Shown here piece after piece: positions 47,866-58,200 of a stretch of DNA of 64,000 bases. The first letter of the stretch is position 1, and the number at the start of each line of letters is the position of its first letter. Below the pieces are notes generated by a model, which was not told the origin of the DNA, ran no database searches, and saw nothing but the letters and a program-made list of their open reading frames with translations. The position numbers and the translations under genes were made by a program. This DNA is from Patescibacteria group bacterium. Its GTDB lineage: Bacteria; Patescibacteriota; Patescibacteriia; JAHIZJ01. Location of the stretch: contig JBAZLK010000005.1 of assembly GCA_041650335.1 (NCBI GenBank), positions 10,580 through 74,579 on the forward strand. Direction: 5' to 3'.

Positions 47866-48060
47866 ATGAAAGATCATCGGCCGCCTGTCAGGATCACGCA
47901 ACAAGTGTTGAGGGACAGCAGGCACTTCCGCGCGCTGGTCTATATCGACTCAGGCTGCGCACGTCATCAGCTTTCCCTGCTGCTCGTCAAGGCAAAACGC
48001 CACCTGCGGCCGAGACAGTTCTCTCAATCCACGTACGCGAGAGCACAGCACAACGGCTAA
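47866..48060 (+). CDS. Small basic hypothetical protein (64 aa)
   Basis: AGGGGG SD before ATG; fills the intergenic gap. Confidence 0.4.
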   Translation: MKDHRPPVRITQQVLRDSRHFRALVYIDSGCARHQLSLLLVKAKRHLRPRQFSQSTYARAQHNG

Positions 48061-48107
48061 CGCTTTCAAAACGAGCGCCCGCCGATCATCGGGGAGAGGC
48101 AATCGCC

Positions 48108-49313
48108 TCACCCCGTTTTATTTTTTTGAAACACGAATATTTCACGGACGACACGCTGGTCGCTCCGTTGGTAGACGAATGGTTGTATCGAAACCCAGCT
48201 TGGATAAACGACGCGCTGGAGCGCCTTTGGAATAATTGTGGCGGGAAGCTGCAGCCAGCCGCGCCCCGTTTTCCAGCGGGGGAAGACAATAACAACCCGG
48301 CCGCCGGGTTTTACGACGCGCTGGATACTTATAAAGGCGGCTTGGTAGAGAGCTTGAATTTGCTCAAAGGCCCGATCGAGCTCTCGAGATTCAGGTGGCA
48401 GGTGCGCCGGTCCAAGAAAGGGCTCGGTAATAACCGCATCGATTGAGGCCGCCGGGAAGAGCTGGTCGAGCGAACGAACATCGAGCGCGCGCAGCAACAA
48501 CTCAGCCGGTTGGAGGCGGTATTGGCGCTCAAGCCAGGCCAGATTTTCGCGCGAGTCGGCAATCGCCTTTGGATTGTTGTCAGTACCAGTCAGGCGGGTG
48601 TAGTCAAGAAGCCTCGCTTCCTGGAGAATAGTGCCTGAGCCGCAGAACGGATCAAGCAGCGCGGCGGACAAAGGGCATTGCGCCAAGTTGATCATCAGGC
48701 GGGCCAGTTTTGGAGGCAACATACCCTGCCGCATACTGCGCTCAGGTCGGCCGTAATCGCGCTCGCTATATTCCGCGTACTCTTGTACTGCTAATGTTTT
48801 TCCAAGAGCCAGGGTTTCCGGCTGTGTCTCAAGTAGAACGATTTCGCCCCCCTTTTCAATTAACTTGTTTTTATCGACAATTACGGATGAGAGCGGATTT
48901 TGCCGGCTCTGGACCCAGCGCGCCGACCGACCGTCTTGAGCCAGCGTTTTTTTCAGCGACAAACCGATCTGACGCAGCTGTAGCGCCGTAAAAATAGGCC
49001 TCGTCGAATAATAGCTGAGACCAAAGACAACCCGTTCGGTAAAAATGAGTAGTTGCCCAAGTAGGTCCGGCGAAACCAATTTTTGCTGAAGCTGGTGGCG
49101 ATTCACGGAGGTTACCAGCGCCCCGATTTTTATGGTACCGCCAAGTTTTCTCAGAAACGTCGCCGGCTCAAACGGACCATCAAGGTCAAGGAGGCAAAAT
49201 TGATCGGATGAAAAAACATGGCGGAATTGAATCGATTCCAGCGACAAGCGGCTATAGATTTCCGCCCGGCTGAGCGCCGGATTTCGGCCGAGAATAAAGA
49301 AAAAAGTGTTCAC
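48108..49313 (-). CDS. Trm11/TrmG10-like tRNA methyltransferase
   Basis: LGGTIKIG, RDYGRP, GMLPPKLAR, DPFCGSGT, TEPFLGP. Confidence 0.85.
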   Translation of the reverse strand: MNTFFFILGRNPALSRAEIYSRLSLESIQFRHVFSSDQFCLLDLDGPFEPATFLRKLGGTIKIGALVTSVNRHQLQQKLVSPDLLGQLLIFTERVVFGLSYYSTRPIFTALQLRQIGLSLKKTLAQDGRSARWVQSRQNPLSSVIVDKNKLIEKGGEIVLLETQPETLALGKTLAVQEYAEYSERDYGRPERSMRQGMLPPKLARLMINLAQCPLSAALLDPFCGSGTILQEARLLDYTRLTGTDNNPKAIADSRENLAWLERQYRLQPAELLLRALDVRSLDQLFPAASIDAVITEPFLGPAHLPPESRELDRAFEQIQALYQAAFISIQRVVKPGGRVVIVFPRWKTGRGWLQLPATIIPKALQRVVYPSWVSIQPFVYQRSDQRVVREIFVFQKNKTG

Positions 49314-49427
49314 GAAATAACCCTTGATTAATTTACAAAGCTATGATAAGGTAGGAAAGAAGCAGGCGAGGCTACGTAAATTCGCCTCCTCTATCTTACC
49401 ACTAATTCGGAAAATAGACGTACTCAC

Positions 49428-49895
49428 ATGACGAAACGCTACGAACTTCTGTATCTCATCCCGGCCTCGGTGAATGAGAACGACCTGCCGACGATAACGG
49501 GAAAAATATCCAAAATTATCTCCGGTCTCGGCGGAAAAATAGAGTCTGACGAACTCTGGGCCAAGCGTAAACTCAACTACCCGATCAAGCGTCAGGCGCA
49601 TGCGTATTATTGGAAGGTGCTCTATGAAGCACCAACCGCCACTAATGCGAAAATCGGACGCGAACTCCGCTTATTGCCGGAAATCATCCGTTACCTTATT
49701 GCTGAACCGACACCGGCTCCACCGCCGCCCCGCGAGCCAATACCGGCCCAACCGGTCATCGTCGAAAAGCCGGCCTTACCGTCAATCAGAAAAACACCGT
49801 CCCCGAAAAAGGACATCAAGGAAGAGAAGGTCAGCCTTGAGGAACTCGACCGAAAACTCGACGAGATTCTTGACGACGGCATGAACGGTAGCTAA
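49428..49895 (+). CDS. rpsF: 30S ribosomal protein S6 with long C-terminal extension
   Basis: YELLYLI, WAKRKLNYPIK, IIRYLI; rpsF-ssb-rpsR synteny. Confidence 0.93.
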   Translation: MTKRYELLYLIPASVNENDLPTITGKISKIISGLGGKIESDELWAKRKLNYPIKRQAHAYYWKVLYEAPTATNAKIGRELRLLPEIIRYLIAEPTPAPPPPREPIPAQPVIVEKPALPSIRKTPSPKKDIKEEKVSLEELDRKLDEILDDGMNGS

Positions 49896-49912
49896 TTACT
49901 TAGTATTTCGAT

Positions 49913-50353
49913 ATGCGTAGTCTCAATAAAGTTCTCCTGATCGGCAATCTCACCCGCGATCCCGAAGCGCGTTCGACCCCGAATGGACAATCGGTCGCGA
50001 ATTTCGGCATGGCGACCAACCGCGTCTGGCAAGACCGGCAGACCGGAGAAAAAAAAGAAGCCGTTGAATTCCACAACCTCGTGGCTTGGGGGAAGCTGGC
50101 CGACATGTGCAGTCAGTATCTCCACAAAGGCAGTCGCGTTTATGTCGAAGGCCGGCTTCAAACGCGTTCCTGGGACGACCCATCCGGTGTGAAGAAATAT
50201 CGCACTGAAATCATATTGGATAGTATGATTATGCTTGATCGAGCGAGTGCGGACGGGTCAAGCCCGGCCGCGCCTGCGCCTGAGAAATCAGCGGCCGCCA
50301 GCGAAACCCCGCCGCCAGAAGAAGAAATCAGTGTTGAAGACATACCATTTTAA
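49913..50353 (+). CDS. ssb: Single-stranded DNA-binding protein
   Basis: [26 protein letters not shown]-terminal DIPF. Confidence 0.97.
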   Translation: MRSLNKVLLIGNLTRDPEARSTPNGQSVANFGMATNRVWQDRQTGEKKEAVEFHNLVAWGKLADMCSQYLHKGSRVYVEGRLQTRSWDDPSGVKKYRTEIILDSMIMLDRASADGSSPAAPAPEKSAAASETPPPEEEISVEDIPF

Positions 50354-50364
50354 AACCCTATTCT

Positions 50365-50583
50365 ATGCCTGAAACAATCAAGGAAAAAACGTGTCATTTC
50401 TGCGCCCACGGCTACAGCGAGATCGATTATAAAGACGTGCAGACGCTCCAGCGCTTTATTTCATCGTACGCAAAAATATTGCCGCGCAAACGAACTGGCA
50501 CCTGCGCTAAGCATCAACGCAAATTGGCCACGGCCGTAAAACGAGCGCGGCAGGTTTCGCTTTTACCGACGACGGGGCGCTAG
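50365..50583 (+). CDS. rpsR: 30S ribosomal protein S18 (Zn-binding type)
   Basis: [25 protein letters not shown]. Confidence 0.97.
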   Translation: MPETIKEKTCHFCAHGYSEIDYKDVQTLQRFISSYAKILPRKRTGTCAKHQRKLATAVKRARQVSLLPTTGR

Positions 50584-50584
50584 T

Positions 50585-51145
50585 ATGCTGGGTATGAACG
50601 ACTTGGCCATCGGCGTCGTTTTTAAATACCGCGACGCCCCGCACGTGGTGATGCGCGCTGATCACGTCCAGATGGGTCGGGGCAGCGCCGTCCTGCGGAC
50701 AAAAATACGGAACCTGATCACCGGTCAGGTTTTTGACGTTACCTATAAGGGCGGCGACAAGCTTGAAGAGGCTCAGCTTGAGCGCCGGCCGGCCACATAT
50801 CTTTACCATGACGACGAGGGTTACCATTTCATGGATACCCAGTCATATGAGCAATTTACTCTGCTCGACTCAGCGGTCGGTGACAAGGGCCTGTATCTCT
50901 GTGAAAACGCCGATACTGATATTCTCACTTTTGAGGGTAAACCAGTGTCGCTTCAATTGCCGAAGAAAGTGGTGTTAACGGTCGTGGAAACGGCGCCCGG
51001 CATCCGGGGCGATACGGCCCAGGGAAGCGTCAACAAACCGGCCAAATTAAATTCCGGGGTGACCGTGAATGTTCCATTGTTTGTGAAGCAAGGCGATCAA
51101 ATACGCGTGAATACGGACACCGGACAATACGTCGAACGGGTGTAA
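50585..51145 (+). CDS. efp: Elongation factor P
   Basis: QMGRGSA loop, FMDTQSYEQ, PGIRGDTA, VPLFV, TGQYVER. Confidence 0.95.
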   Translation: MLGMNDLAIGVVFKYRDAPHVVMRADHVQMGRGSAVLRTKIRNLITGQVFDVTYKGGDKLEEAQLERRPATYLYHDDEGYHFMDTQSYEQFTLLDSAVGDKGLYLCENADTDILTFEGKPVSLQLPKKVVLTVVETAPGIRGDTAQGSVNKPAKLNSGVTVNVPLFVKQGDQIRVNTDTGQYVERV

Positions 51146-51250
51146 GTAAGAAAGAATTTTAAATTCAAAATTCAGAATTAGTAATGACGGAATTTCTCTG
51201 ATGAGAACTCATTATATTGTAGACAAAAAATAGAACAGTTACATAATACG

Positions 51251-51278
51251 AAAAGCGGCCGGAAAGGCCGCTTTTTTT
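51251..51278. terminator. Bidirectional terminator between efp and recA
   Basis: aaaagcggcc-ggaaa-ggccgcttttttt. Confidence 0.8.
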
Positions 51279-51294
51279 GTATATCGAGTTTGAT

Positions 51295-52302
51295 TTATGC
51301 TTTTCCGACCTGAGCCAACACGGCTTTTCGAATGTCGGCCATGACGTTAGGATTCTTTCTTAATTCTTGCCGGGCCGCTTCCCGTCCGACGCCCAGTTTC
51401 CGGTCACCGAAGGAATACGAATTGCCTGATTTGGCGATCACGCCGAACTTTAAGCCGGCGTCAAGAATGTCGCCGCTGAGGGAAATACCCTCGTTATACA
51501 TGATGTCGAATTCGGTCGTTCGGAAAGGCGCCGCCACCTTATTTTTTACAATCTTTACCTTAACGCGATTGCCAATGACCTCGTCGGCCAATTTCAACTG
51601 CGCGGCCCGACGGACCTCAATCCGAACCGATGAATAAAACTTCAAAGCATTTCCACCCGGCGTCGTTTCCGGGTTGCCGAACATGACGCCGATTTTCATG
51701 CGGATCTGGTTGATGAAAATGACGACGGTCTTGCTCTTGCTGATCACGCCGGCCAGTTTCCGAAGCGCCTGGCTCATCAATCTGGCCTGGAGGCCCATAT
51801 GCTGGTCGCCCATTTCGCCTTCAATTTCCGCCCGAGGCGTCAAGGCGGCCACTGAGTCAATAACGATGATATCGACGGAATTTGACCGGACGAGCGTTTC
51901 GACGATTTCCAGTGCCTGTTCGCCCGTGTCCGGCTGTGAAATGAGCAGGTCGTCGATGTTTACCCCGATTTTCTTTGCGTAATCGGGATCGAGGGCGTGC
52001 TCAGCGTCAACAAACGCGGCCACGCCGCCAAGTTTTTGCGCCTCCGCAACGATGTGTTGCGCCAGCGTAGTTTTTCCCGATGATTCCGGTCCGTAGATTT
52101 CGATAACCCGGCCACGGGGGACGCCGCCGACGCCCAGGGCGAGGTCGAGAGTTAAACAACCGGTTGGAATCACCTCAACGTTCATGCGCTTGGCTTCGCC
52201 GAGTCGCATGATGGCGCCATCGCCAAAGCGTTCTTTAATGTGGTCGACCGCTGCTTGCGCGGACTTGATTTTGTCCGCAATGACTGTGGATTTTTTAGCC
52301 AT
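51295..52302 (-). CDS. recA: Recombinase A
   Basis: [33 protein letters not shown]. Confidence 0.98.
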   Translation of the reverse strand: MAKKSTVIADKIKSAQAAVDHIKERFGDGAIMRLGEAKRMNVEVIPTGCLTLDLALGVGGVPRGRVIEIYGPESSGKTTLAQHIVAEAQKLGGVAAFVDAEHALDPDYAKKIGVNIDDLLISQPDTGEQALEIVETLVRSNSVDIIVIDSVAALTPRAEIEGEMGDQHMGLQARLMSQALRKLAGVISKSKTVVIFINQIRMKIGVMFGNPETTPGGNALKFYSSVRIEVRRAAQLKLADEVIGNRVKVKIVKNKVAAPFRTTEFDIMYNEGISLSGDILDAGLKFGVIAKSGNSYSFGDRKLGVGREAARQELRKNPNVMADIRKAVLAQVGKA

Positions 52303-52329
52303 AGGTGTATGTGTTATGCTCCGTGCCGC

Positions 52330-53016
52330 TTAAATATTTTTTACTAAGACCTGACGGTAGATGGTGGTTGGTTTCCCGCGATTTTTTGTCGCGATGATTT
52401 CAATAATATTAACACCCTCCTGTAGATTAACAACCTCGCGGAACTGACCAGCCTGACTGGTAACGACGACTTGCCCGTTGATGGTCACTTTGGCGCCTGA
52501 TTCGACTTGTCCGGCAACGACCACCGAACGTTCCTGGGTGATCACATTGTTTGTCGGTTCAGTCACTGAAAGTGTCGGGGGCGCCATGGATTTGTAAACG
52601 GTCAGGCCGAGGTAGGTAAAACAAGCAAGAAAAACGAGGCCGATCAGTAATCGTCGAATGAGTTTTGGCGTGATGGCAATACGAAACCCAGGGAGCCGCG
52701 GTAGTGAGCGGAGCGGTCGGGCCGCCGGGCGGCCGGAGCGTTCGAGTAAGGTACGCTCTTTATCAAATAGCTGAAGCACCGACACGGGATTAAGCTGGAG
52801 ATACACGGCGTACCGTTTCACAAAATTACGTGCGTAGACTTCACTGGGGAGTAGTCCGTACGAGCTTGTTTCAAGCGCTTCCAGATAGGTCTGTTGAATA
52901 CCGGTGTCCCGCGCGACGCGATCAAGGGGAATACTGGCGTCCTCACGAACTGCCCGCAAGCGTTCGCCCAACGTTTTTGTGCCTGAGAGTGGTTTTTTTT
53001 GAAAAGAAACCGCCAT
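52330..53016 (-). CDS. RodZ-like HTH membrane protein with C-terminal Ig-like domain
   Basis: LGERLRAVRE..YLEALE..YARNFVKRYA, TM, PPTLSVTEP..LQEGVNII. Confidence 0.8.
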   Translation of the reverse strand: MAVSFQKKPLSGTKTLGERLRAVREDASIPLDRVARDTGIQQTYLEALETSSYGLLPSEVYARNFVKRYAVYLQLNPVSVLQLFDKERTLLERSGRPAARPLRSLPRLPGFRIAITPKLIRRLLIGLVFLACFTYLGLTVYKSMAPPTLSVTEPTNNVITQERSVVVAGQVESGAKVTINGQVVVTSQAGQFREVVNLQEGVNIIEIIATKNRGKPTTIYRQVLVKNI

Positions 53017-53019
53017 GGT

Positions 53020-55197
53020 CTACGTATCTTCCCCATCTTCTTCGGGTGTCGGCGGGTGAAGCTCCTGATCAGCCGGCTGAATAAGAATCTCGCGCGGTTT
53101 TGCCCCGTCGCCAGGGCCAATTATACCCTCTTCTTCCAATAAATCAAGAAGTCGCGCCGCCCGGGCGTAGCCAATCCGAAGCCGCCGTTGGAGCAGTGAG
53201 GCTGATGCTTTCTGGGCTTGCCAGATAACCTCCTTCGCTTTGTCGAGCAATTCATCGTCTTCGAGGTTTTCGAAGCCACCCGAGGTTGCGCTGGCCTGTT
53301 TTTCTGTTACTTCTTGTTGGTAGGCGGGCGCCGATTGTTTTTTTAAATAGGCGACAATGCGTTCAATCTCATTCTCGGCCACCAGCGCACCCTGGATCCG
53401 GCGCGGTTTTGACAGTTCAGCTGAAGTATAAAGCATGTCACCGCGGCCGAGCAGCTTCTCGGCCCCGGCGTAATCAAGGATGGTTCGGGAATCCATCTGA
53501 GAGGCGACACTGAAGGCAACGCGCGAGGTGATATTCGCTTTAATCAATCCCGTGATGACATCAACCGATGGACGCTGGGTGGAAACAATCAAGTGGATGC
53601 CGACCGCCCGGGCCATTTGAGCCAAGCGGATGATCGATCCCTCGACGTCTTGGTAGGCCTGAGCCATTAAGTCGGCTAATTCGTCAATAATGACCACGAT
53701 GTACGGTAATTTATTTAGGAGAACGCTGCCATTGTATTGAGCGATATTCTTTTTCCCGGCTTCCGCGAGCAGGCGATAGCGCCGATCCATTTCCGTAATG
53801 CACCAGCGCAGGGCATTAACCGTTTTATCTACCTCGGTGATTACCGGTGTCATGAGATGAGGGATGTCGGCGTAAGCTGAAAGTTCAACCTTTTTCGGAT
53901 CCACGAGGATAAATTTCAAATCATCCGGGCTGTTCTGGTAGAGTAAGCTGGTAATAATCGTATGAATACAGACGCTTTTTCCGGAACCGGTCGCCCCGGC
54001 GATTAGGAGATGGGGCATCGCTTCGAGATTGACGATCACGACGTTGCCGGCAACGTCCTTGCCCAGGCCAATACTCAGGTTGCCGGAGCGCTTTTTAAAT
54101 TCTTTATTCTCGATAATTTCCCGGAGACCGACCGTAGCGATTTGCTGATTTGGAACCTCGACACCAACCAATGATTTGCCCGGGATTGGCGCCTCAATCC
54201 GGATGGGGTGGGCCGCTAGTGCCAGTGCCAGGTCGTTGCTTAGACCGGTGATCTCGGACAGCCGAACGCCCTCGGCCGGCCGGAAGGTGTATTGCGTGAC
54301 CGTCGGTCCAACCTTCACCTCGCCCATTTCCACCGGGACGTTGAAATTCTCGAGCGTCTTACGAATCTTTTCGATATTACCCTCGATGTCGCCGCTCGTC
54401 GGCTTGGCGCTTTTTACATCAAGTAGATCAATCGGTAGATCAATTTTTTGTCTACGTCGGGGCGGCTGACTGGGCACCGACGGCGGCGTGGTTAGAGGTG
54501 TGTCCGATTGACGGTGGTCCGGCACCTCGGTCTGGGTGAATTCCGGATGGTCTGATTCGATCTCGGGCTCATCAGGCGAATCAACCAGTTCGTTGGGGTG
54601 ACGACGGAAGAAAGAAAAACCGGTCCGGAATTTATAGAAGAATTGACCAAGCCGCGTATGGCTGTGTGCCAGCCGTTCGAGCGAGGTATTAAAAAGAATT
54701 AAAATGGAAATGAGGCAGATGGCCAGGATGACGATGAGGGAAGCCCAAAAGCCCATTATTTTTTGGAAGGGGTAGCTCAGTATAAAACCAAGATAACCGC
54801 CGCCCCGGCCGTCACTGAACGCCTGGGTTGACTGGTCGAGGGGAATAAACAGATGAAGCAGGCCGGAGAAGGATAGGACAAAAATGATCAAACCGAGATA
54901 GTTGGTCGTTTGAAGGATGAATTGCTTCGGCCGAAGCAGCATATAGCCCCAGCCGAAGAGAACCACTGGCACAAGGAATCGTCCCCAGCCGAAGAGCTGT
55001 TTCAAAGCTTGATTAATAAACTCACCGACGGATCCAGCCGAGTTAAATAATCCAAAAACGCTGATCAAGCCAAAGGCAAACAACACGATCACGCCGATCC
55101 CTCGCCTAGTCTCCGGGGTCAGCGTCGGATCAACCGAGGACGCGGGCTCATCACGCCCATTTTCCGAATTTTGTCTGGCACCACGTTTTCTCGCCAT
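53020..55197 (-). CDS. ftsK: DNA translocase FtsK
   Basis: N-terminal TMs, GPTVTQY, GATGSGKS, DELADLM, gamma domain LQRRLRIGYARAA. Confidence 0.97.
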   Translation of the reverse strand: MARKRGARQNSENGRDEPASSVDPTLTPETRRGIGVIVLFAFGLISVFGLFNSAGSVGEFINQALKQLFGWGRFLVPVVLFGWGYMLLRPKQFILQTTNYLGLIIFVLSFSGLLHLFIPLDQSTQAFSDGRGGGYLGFILSYPFQKIMGFWASLIVILAICLISILILFNTSLERLAHSHTRLGQFFYKFRTGFSFFRRHPNELVDSPDEPEIESDHPEFTQTEVPDHRQSDTPLTTPPSVPSQPPRRRQKIDLPIDLLDVKSAKPTSGDIEGNIEKIRKTLENFNVPVEMGEVKVGPTVTQYTFRPAEGVRLSEITGLSNDLALALAAHPIRIEAPIPGKSLVGVEVPNQQIATVGLREIIENKEFKKRSGNLSIGLGKDVAGNVVIVNLEAMPHLLIAGATGSGKSVCIHTIITSLLYQNSPDDLKFILVDPKKVELSAYADIPHLMTPVITEVDKTVNALRWCITEMDRRYRLLAEAGKKNIAQYNGSVLLNKLPYIVVIIDELADLMAQAYQDVEGSIIRLAQMARAVGIHLIVSTQRPSVDVITGLIKANITSRVAFSVASQMDSRTILDYAGAEKLLGRGDMLYTSAELSKPRRIQGALVAENEIERIVAYLKKQSAPAYQQEVTEKQASATSGGFENLEDDELLDKAKEVIWQAQKASASLLQRRLRIGYARAARLLDLLEEEGIIGPGDGAKPREILIQPADQELHPPTPEEDGEDT

Positions 55198-55249
55198 AGT
55201 AAACCGTATTGTACCATAATTGGATGAATCCGACAAACCGCTTAACGAC

Positions 55250-55278
55250 CAAAAAAGGCCTATTTCTAGGCCATTTTT
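55250..55278 (-). terminator. rpoC terminator
   Basis: aaaaaaggcc-tatttcta-ggccattttt. Confidence 0.55.
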
Positions 55279-55297
55279 GTATCATTTGAGAAGCGTA

Positions 55298-58200
55298 TTA
55301 TTCCTTTTTTTCACGGAAACCCGTGCCCGAGGGGATGAGTTTTCCGATGATCACATTCTCTTTCAGGCCGCGGAGCTTATCGACTTTCCCAGAGACGGCT
55401 GCGTCAATGAGGACGCGGGCGGTTTCTTGGAAAGAGGCGGCGGAGAGGAAACTGTCGGTCGTGAGCGAGGCTTTCGTAATGCCGAGGAGCAGCGATTCAG
55501 CCTCGACCTTTTTCCCGCCACTCTTAATCTTCTCGTTGGCTTCATGATATTCGCTCAAGGTGACGATCTCGCCGGCTAATAGGTCGGAATCGCCGGCATC
55601 TTTTACGTATAAGCGCGAGAACATTTGGCGGACTATTACCTCGACGTGTTTATCGTTTAGTTTCTGCCCTTGCGAGGAGTAGATATAGCCGATTTCCTTG
55701 ATGATATATTTTTGCGTCGCTTCCCGACCCTTCAAATGGAAGAGCTGGTGCAGATCGACGTTTCCCTCGGTCAGCTGGTCACCCTTTTTCACCAGATCCC
55801 CGTCTTTTATCCAGACGCTATAGCCGACCGGTACCGGATATTCCCGTTCGCGCTGGCCTTCGTAGGCAATTTTTAATTTATGATCGGCTAGCTCAACCAC
55901 GCCGGCGTGGCGGACTTTCATTTCTTGATCGCCCTGAAGCCAAAGGACGTCGCCCTTCTTCACCTTTTGCGTATCCTTGACTTTGAGCGTCACGGCCGGC
56001 TCGCCTTTTTTCGGCTGCGGGATCGTATAGACGTCGCTGATTTCTTCCTCGGAAACGAGTTTCACAATCTGCTGTTTGCCTTGGCGAGTGACATACACTT
56101 GACCGTCAACCTCGGCTAAGATAGCCGGTTTCTTTATGGGGCGGGCTTCAAAAAGTTCTTCCACGCGGGGCAGACCTTGGGTGATATCAAGTCCGGCCAC
56201 GCCGCCGGTGTGGAAGGTCCGCATGGTCAGCTGTGTGCCGGGTTCACCGATGCTCTGGGCGGCGATAATACCGACGGCCACGCCGATGCCGACCGGTTTA
56301 TTGTAGCCGAGATCATAGCCATAACATTTCTGGCAGATGCCACGGAGTGTTTGGCAGGCCAGGGGCGAGCGCATTTTCACCTCGGGGACTGGCACGCCTT
56401 TCAGTTTCTCGGCTAATTCCCGGGTGACGATCTCGCCTTTCTTCAACAGCACTTTGCCGGTTTTCGGATGCTTGACGTCCACCAAGAGAAAACGTCCAAC
56501 GATGCGCTCATGCAGTTGTTCACCACTCGCTTCACACTCGGCTTGAGTGAGCGTCAGACCGATATCGTCGCCGCAATCTTCTTCGACAATCGATAAGTCT
56601 TGGGCGACGTCGATCAACCGGCGGGTAAGATAGCCGGCGTTGGCGGTGCGGAGCGCCGTGTCGGAAAGACCTTTTCGGGCGCCGTGCGTTGAGATGAAAT
56701 ATTCCAAAACGTCGAACCCCTCTTTAAAGCTTCCTTTTACCGGCAGTTCAATAATTTCACCGGCTGGATTTGTCACCAAGCCCTTCATGCCCATCATCTG
56801 GGTGACTTGCGCCCAGGTACCGCGCGCGCCTGATTCGATCATGGCGTAGACTGGACCGGTTGGATCAAGCGATTTGCGACAAGCCACAGTGACATTCTCT
56901 TTTGCCTTATTCCAGGTATCAATAATCTTCGCGTGCCGTTCTTCTTCGGTCAGAAGGCCGTTCTGATAATGTTCCTCAATCTCGGCGACCTTTTTCTCGG
57001 CGCCGGTGATAATCCCATATTTCGGTTCGGGCGCCGGCAAATCGCCCATTCCCCAGCTCATCCCTGAGCGAGTGACATACTCAAAGCTGGCCGGCATGAG
57101 TTTATCGAGGAACTCGACGGATTTTTCTGGCCCGTGAGTATTCAGTATTTGGCTGGTTAAAATGCGCAGCGCTTTTTTATCCATGACCGCGTTTACGTAC
57201 GGCGTCCCCTCGGGAAGCAGTTGGTTGAATAATAACCGGCCAACACTCGAAACGATAAATTCGCCATCATGTTTCACCCGGATCGGCTCCTGCAACGTAA
57301 TAATGTTTACGTTGTAGGCCAGGATCGCTTCCTCGGTTGTGCCAAAAGCGCGCAGAGACTTCAGGTCAATATTCGCTTCGTCGATGATATAGGTCATATG
57401 GAAACAGCCAAGCACCATGTCTTGGTTTGGCATACAGACTGGTTCGCCGGTGGCCGGTTTCAGAAGATTCTTTGTGGAGCGCATCAGTTCGGCCGCTTCC
57501 CACTTCGCCCGTTCGGTGAGTGGGATATGAACGGCCATTTGGTCGCCGTCAAAGTCGGCGTTAAACGCCGGACAAACCAAGGGGTGGATTTGAATTGCTT
57601 TTCCCTCGATCAGCAGCGGTTGGAATGCCTGGATGCCGAGGCGGTGAAGAGTTGGTGCCCGGTTCAGGAGAACATTTGCTTGCTGGGTGATTTCCTCAAG
57701 GATATCCCAAACTTCCGGCCGGTTTGATTCGATGAACCGGCTGGCCGAGCGCACGTTATGGACGAGTTCCCGTTGGATTAATTTACTGATGACAAACGGC
57801 TTAAACAGTTCCAGGGCCATCTTTTTCGGCAGGCCGCATTGGTGGAGATGGAGTCGGGGACCAACCACAATAACTGAGCGGCCAGAATAGTCGACGCGTT
57901 TGCCGAGGAGGTTTTGGCGGAAGCGGCCCTGTTTCCCTTTCAGGATATCGGCCAGCGACTTCAGCATCCGTTTCTGGCCGGTCGAGGCGGTAACGGTCTT
58001 TCCGTGGCGGGCGCTGTTATCAATCAGCGCGTCAACGGCTTCTTGGAGCATCCGTTTTTCATTTCGGGTGATGACTTCGGGGGCGTTGAGTTCGAGTAAG
58101 CGCTTGAGCCGATTGTTCCGGTTAATGACGCGGCGGTAGAGATCGTTCAAATCAGACGCGGCAAATCGGCCGCCATCGAGCTGAACCATTGGCCGGAGAT

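Noticed and set aside
47610-48446. 278-aa plus-strand ORF
   Set aside because: Crosses a terminator and overlaps the Trm11-like gene antisense; probably a shadow frame.
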